This document shows positions 13,834 through 15,328 of a stretch of DNA of 15,328 bases, piece by piece; position 1 is the first letter of the stretch; each line of letters begins with the position of its first letter. The stretch is taken from the IMG/VR virus record IMGVR_UViG_2974723840_000001, positions 1-15,328 of that record; one strand, 5' to 3'. The position numbers and the translations under genes are program-made. The DNA comes from Exceevirus Xc38. Taxonomy: Duplodnaviria; Heunggongvirae; Uroviricota; Caudoviricetes; Schitoviridae. The notes below the pieces were generated by a model. It was given only the letters and a program-made list of their open reading frames with translations. It searched no databases and had not been told where the DNA came from.

Positions 13834-14308
13834 CACTCCTGGCCTTCAACTAGGTCAGGATAGCTGGATGACTGCAGCCACACCTGCATATCAACCTTTA
13901 ACTACAACCCCTACTCCTTTTGCTAATGCTGTACAGCCTTGGCAGAGTGATCTAAGTTCAGCTATGCAGAACAACACGTATAGCGCATTAGGTCTTAATA
14001 GCGATGGTTTATACACCCCTTCACCCTCTAGCGGAGGCTTAGCTAATTGGTTATCAGGTAATACAGAATTGGTTAAAGCAGGTGTTGGTTTACTAACAGG
14101 AGGTATGAGCGCATGGAATGGTTTCCAACAAAACAGACTGCTTAAGTCCAACATGAACATGCAGGCTAACCAGTTCCGTGAACAAATGGACTTATCTAAG
14201 TCTAACTACAACTCTAAGCTTGAGGACAGACAGCGTGCACGTGTAGCATCTAACCCTACAGCCTATGAGTCAGTAGATTCATACATGAAGAAATATGGAG
14301 CTAAGTAA
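13808..14308 (+). CDS. Probable small ejection protein (N4 gp52-like)
   Basis: 166 aa, AGGAG RBS 7 nt upstream, 26-nt overlap with the preceding gene. Contains a Gly-rich amphipathic/hydrophobic segment followed by a coiled coil. Confidence 0.7.
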   Translation: MNYPFLGYNTPGLQLGQDSWMTAATPAYQPLTTTPTPFANAVQPWQSDLSSAMQNNTYSALGLNSDGLYTPSPSSGGLANWLSGNTELVKAGVGLLTGGMSAWNGFQQNRLLKSNMNMQANQFREQMDLSKSNYNSKLEDRQRARVASNPTAYESVDSYMKKYGAK

Positions 14309-15328
14309 TGGCACAAATTGATTGGCGGTTCATGCAACCACTAGATCAGTCTAACCAAATCGCTGCTATGGCGGCAGGGAACCAGCAAATCAATGCTGGC
14401 CTTGCTGCTATGGGTGGAGCAGTTACAGGTTATGCTGATGCACTTAAACAACGAAATACAGATGAGATACTTAATGCGTTATATCAAGCACAAAACACTG
14501 ATCAGCTTCCTGATGCTATGGCTGCTGTTGCTAATCTACAAAAACAGTACGGCAGGGGGTTTGACCAAGCTGCTGTAAGAAATGCCGTTGATGCTCGTGG
14601 TTCTACGTTAATGCAACGTGACCTACAAGGTATCAACTTACAGCAGGCCCAAGCAGCACAAGCTGCTATTCCTCAATTAAACCAGATGGCTCTAGCTCAG
14701 GCTAAAGCTCGTGGTGTGGATGTATCAGGCTTTGAAAACGCAGCGAATCTAGGTATTGATACATCAAGCCAAATTAATAGTTTTGCTAATCAAATGGTGA
14801 ATGACACTCGTGATACGAGAGACTTTAACTACCGTAGTGAGAAAGATGCTCGTGATTTTAATTACCGTAAAGAACGAGATTTAACATTAGATGAACAATG
14901 GAAAGCAGCAAATGATAGAGCAAACATGGATTCAGCTTACCGTTACGCAGAGGGTTTTACTACACCTGCTCAAAGTGGGTATAGTGTTAACCCTGATGGA
15001 ACTATCAGTACATATTCCACTCCTGGGGTAACAAGAGGTAATGCATTTGCTGCTTTAATGCCTTCTTTGTTCCAACAAGAGTCTGGTAATAGACATCGTG
15101 ATGCCAATGGTAATTTAATTACTTCTCCTAAAGGAGCATCAGGTATTGCACAGATTATGCCTAATACTGCAGCTAAACCCGGCTATGGTATGAAGCCTAT
15201 TAACTTACAGACTTCTACTCCAGAACAGCAGATGCAGTGGGCTACTGAGTATATTGGACGTATTGCAGATCACCATAAGTTTACTGTACCTCAAGCTCTG
15301 GCTGCTTATAACGCAGGGCCTGGAGCAG
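14308..15328 (+). CDS. Probable ejection protein (N4 gp51-like) with a soluble lytic transglycosylase domain; truncated by the window edge and absent from the ORF track
   Basis: TAATG stop/start overlap at 14306-14310; open for 340 codons (MAQIDWRFMQP...). SLT motifs: QQES (Glu258, 15079-15081), KGASGIAQIMPNTA, and LAAYNAGPG (15304-15318 for AYNAG). Confidence 0.9.
   Translation, partial: MAQIDWRFMQPLDQSNQIAAMAAGNQQINAGLAAMGGAVTGYADALKQRNTDEILNALYQAQNTDQLPDAMAAVANLQKQYGRGFDQAAVRNAVDARGSTLMQRDLQGINLQQAQAAQAAIPQLNQMALAQAKARGVDVSGFENAANLGIDTSSQINSFANQMVNDTRDTRDFNYRSEKDARDFNYRKERDLTLDEQWKAANDRANMDSAYRYAEGFTTPAQSGYSVNPDGTISTYSTPGVTRGNAFAALMPSLFQQESGNRHRDANGNLITSPKGASGIAQIMPNTAAKPGYGMKPINLQTSTPEQQMQWATEYIGRIADHHKFTVPQALAAYNAGPGA

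Noticed and set aside
3025-14160. Antisense ORFs in the track (3025-3309, 3334-3582, 6213-6425, 6865-7083, 6938-7189, 8499-8876, 8818-9033, 10271-10471, 13066-13287, 13891-14160)
   Set aside because: All lie opposite conserved structural genes and have S/L/V-rich shadow composition, with no coding signals.
14393-14578. 61-aa ORF in the track
   Set aside because: An out-of-frame shadow of the true gene starting at 14308, which the track missed because its stop lies outside the window.

Overview
Late (morphogenesis) region of an AT-rich N4-like podophage (Schitoviridae) on the + strand, in order: putative small terminase, large terminase, head-tail adaptor, portal, small coiled-coil protein, probable scaffold (N4 gp57-like), major capsid protein, gp55-like protein, repeat-expanded gp54-like tail-tube protein, gp53-like protein, and two probable ejection proteins. 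The last one (14308 to the window edge) is missing from the ORF track and carries a soluble lytic transglycosylase domain. Portal, capsid and terminase are recognisable from sequence; the other names rest mainly on gene order. The first ~1 kb switches strand and looks like an early/terminal control region. It has GNA-triloop hairpin motifs resembling N4 virion-RNAP promoters, phased 22-bp repeats, and a minus-strand two-gene unit (92-aa protein plus an unannotated 26-aa hydrophobic peptide) closed by a strong terminator. The most notable observation is a predicted ~58-nt antisense-strand small RNA between the adaptor and portal genes. It has its own sigma70 promoter and terminator, and its 5' segment is complementary to the ribosome-binding leaders of both genes in that distant unit. 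All analyses were done by eye; no database searches or folding programs were run.
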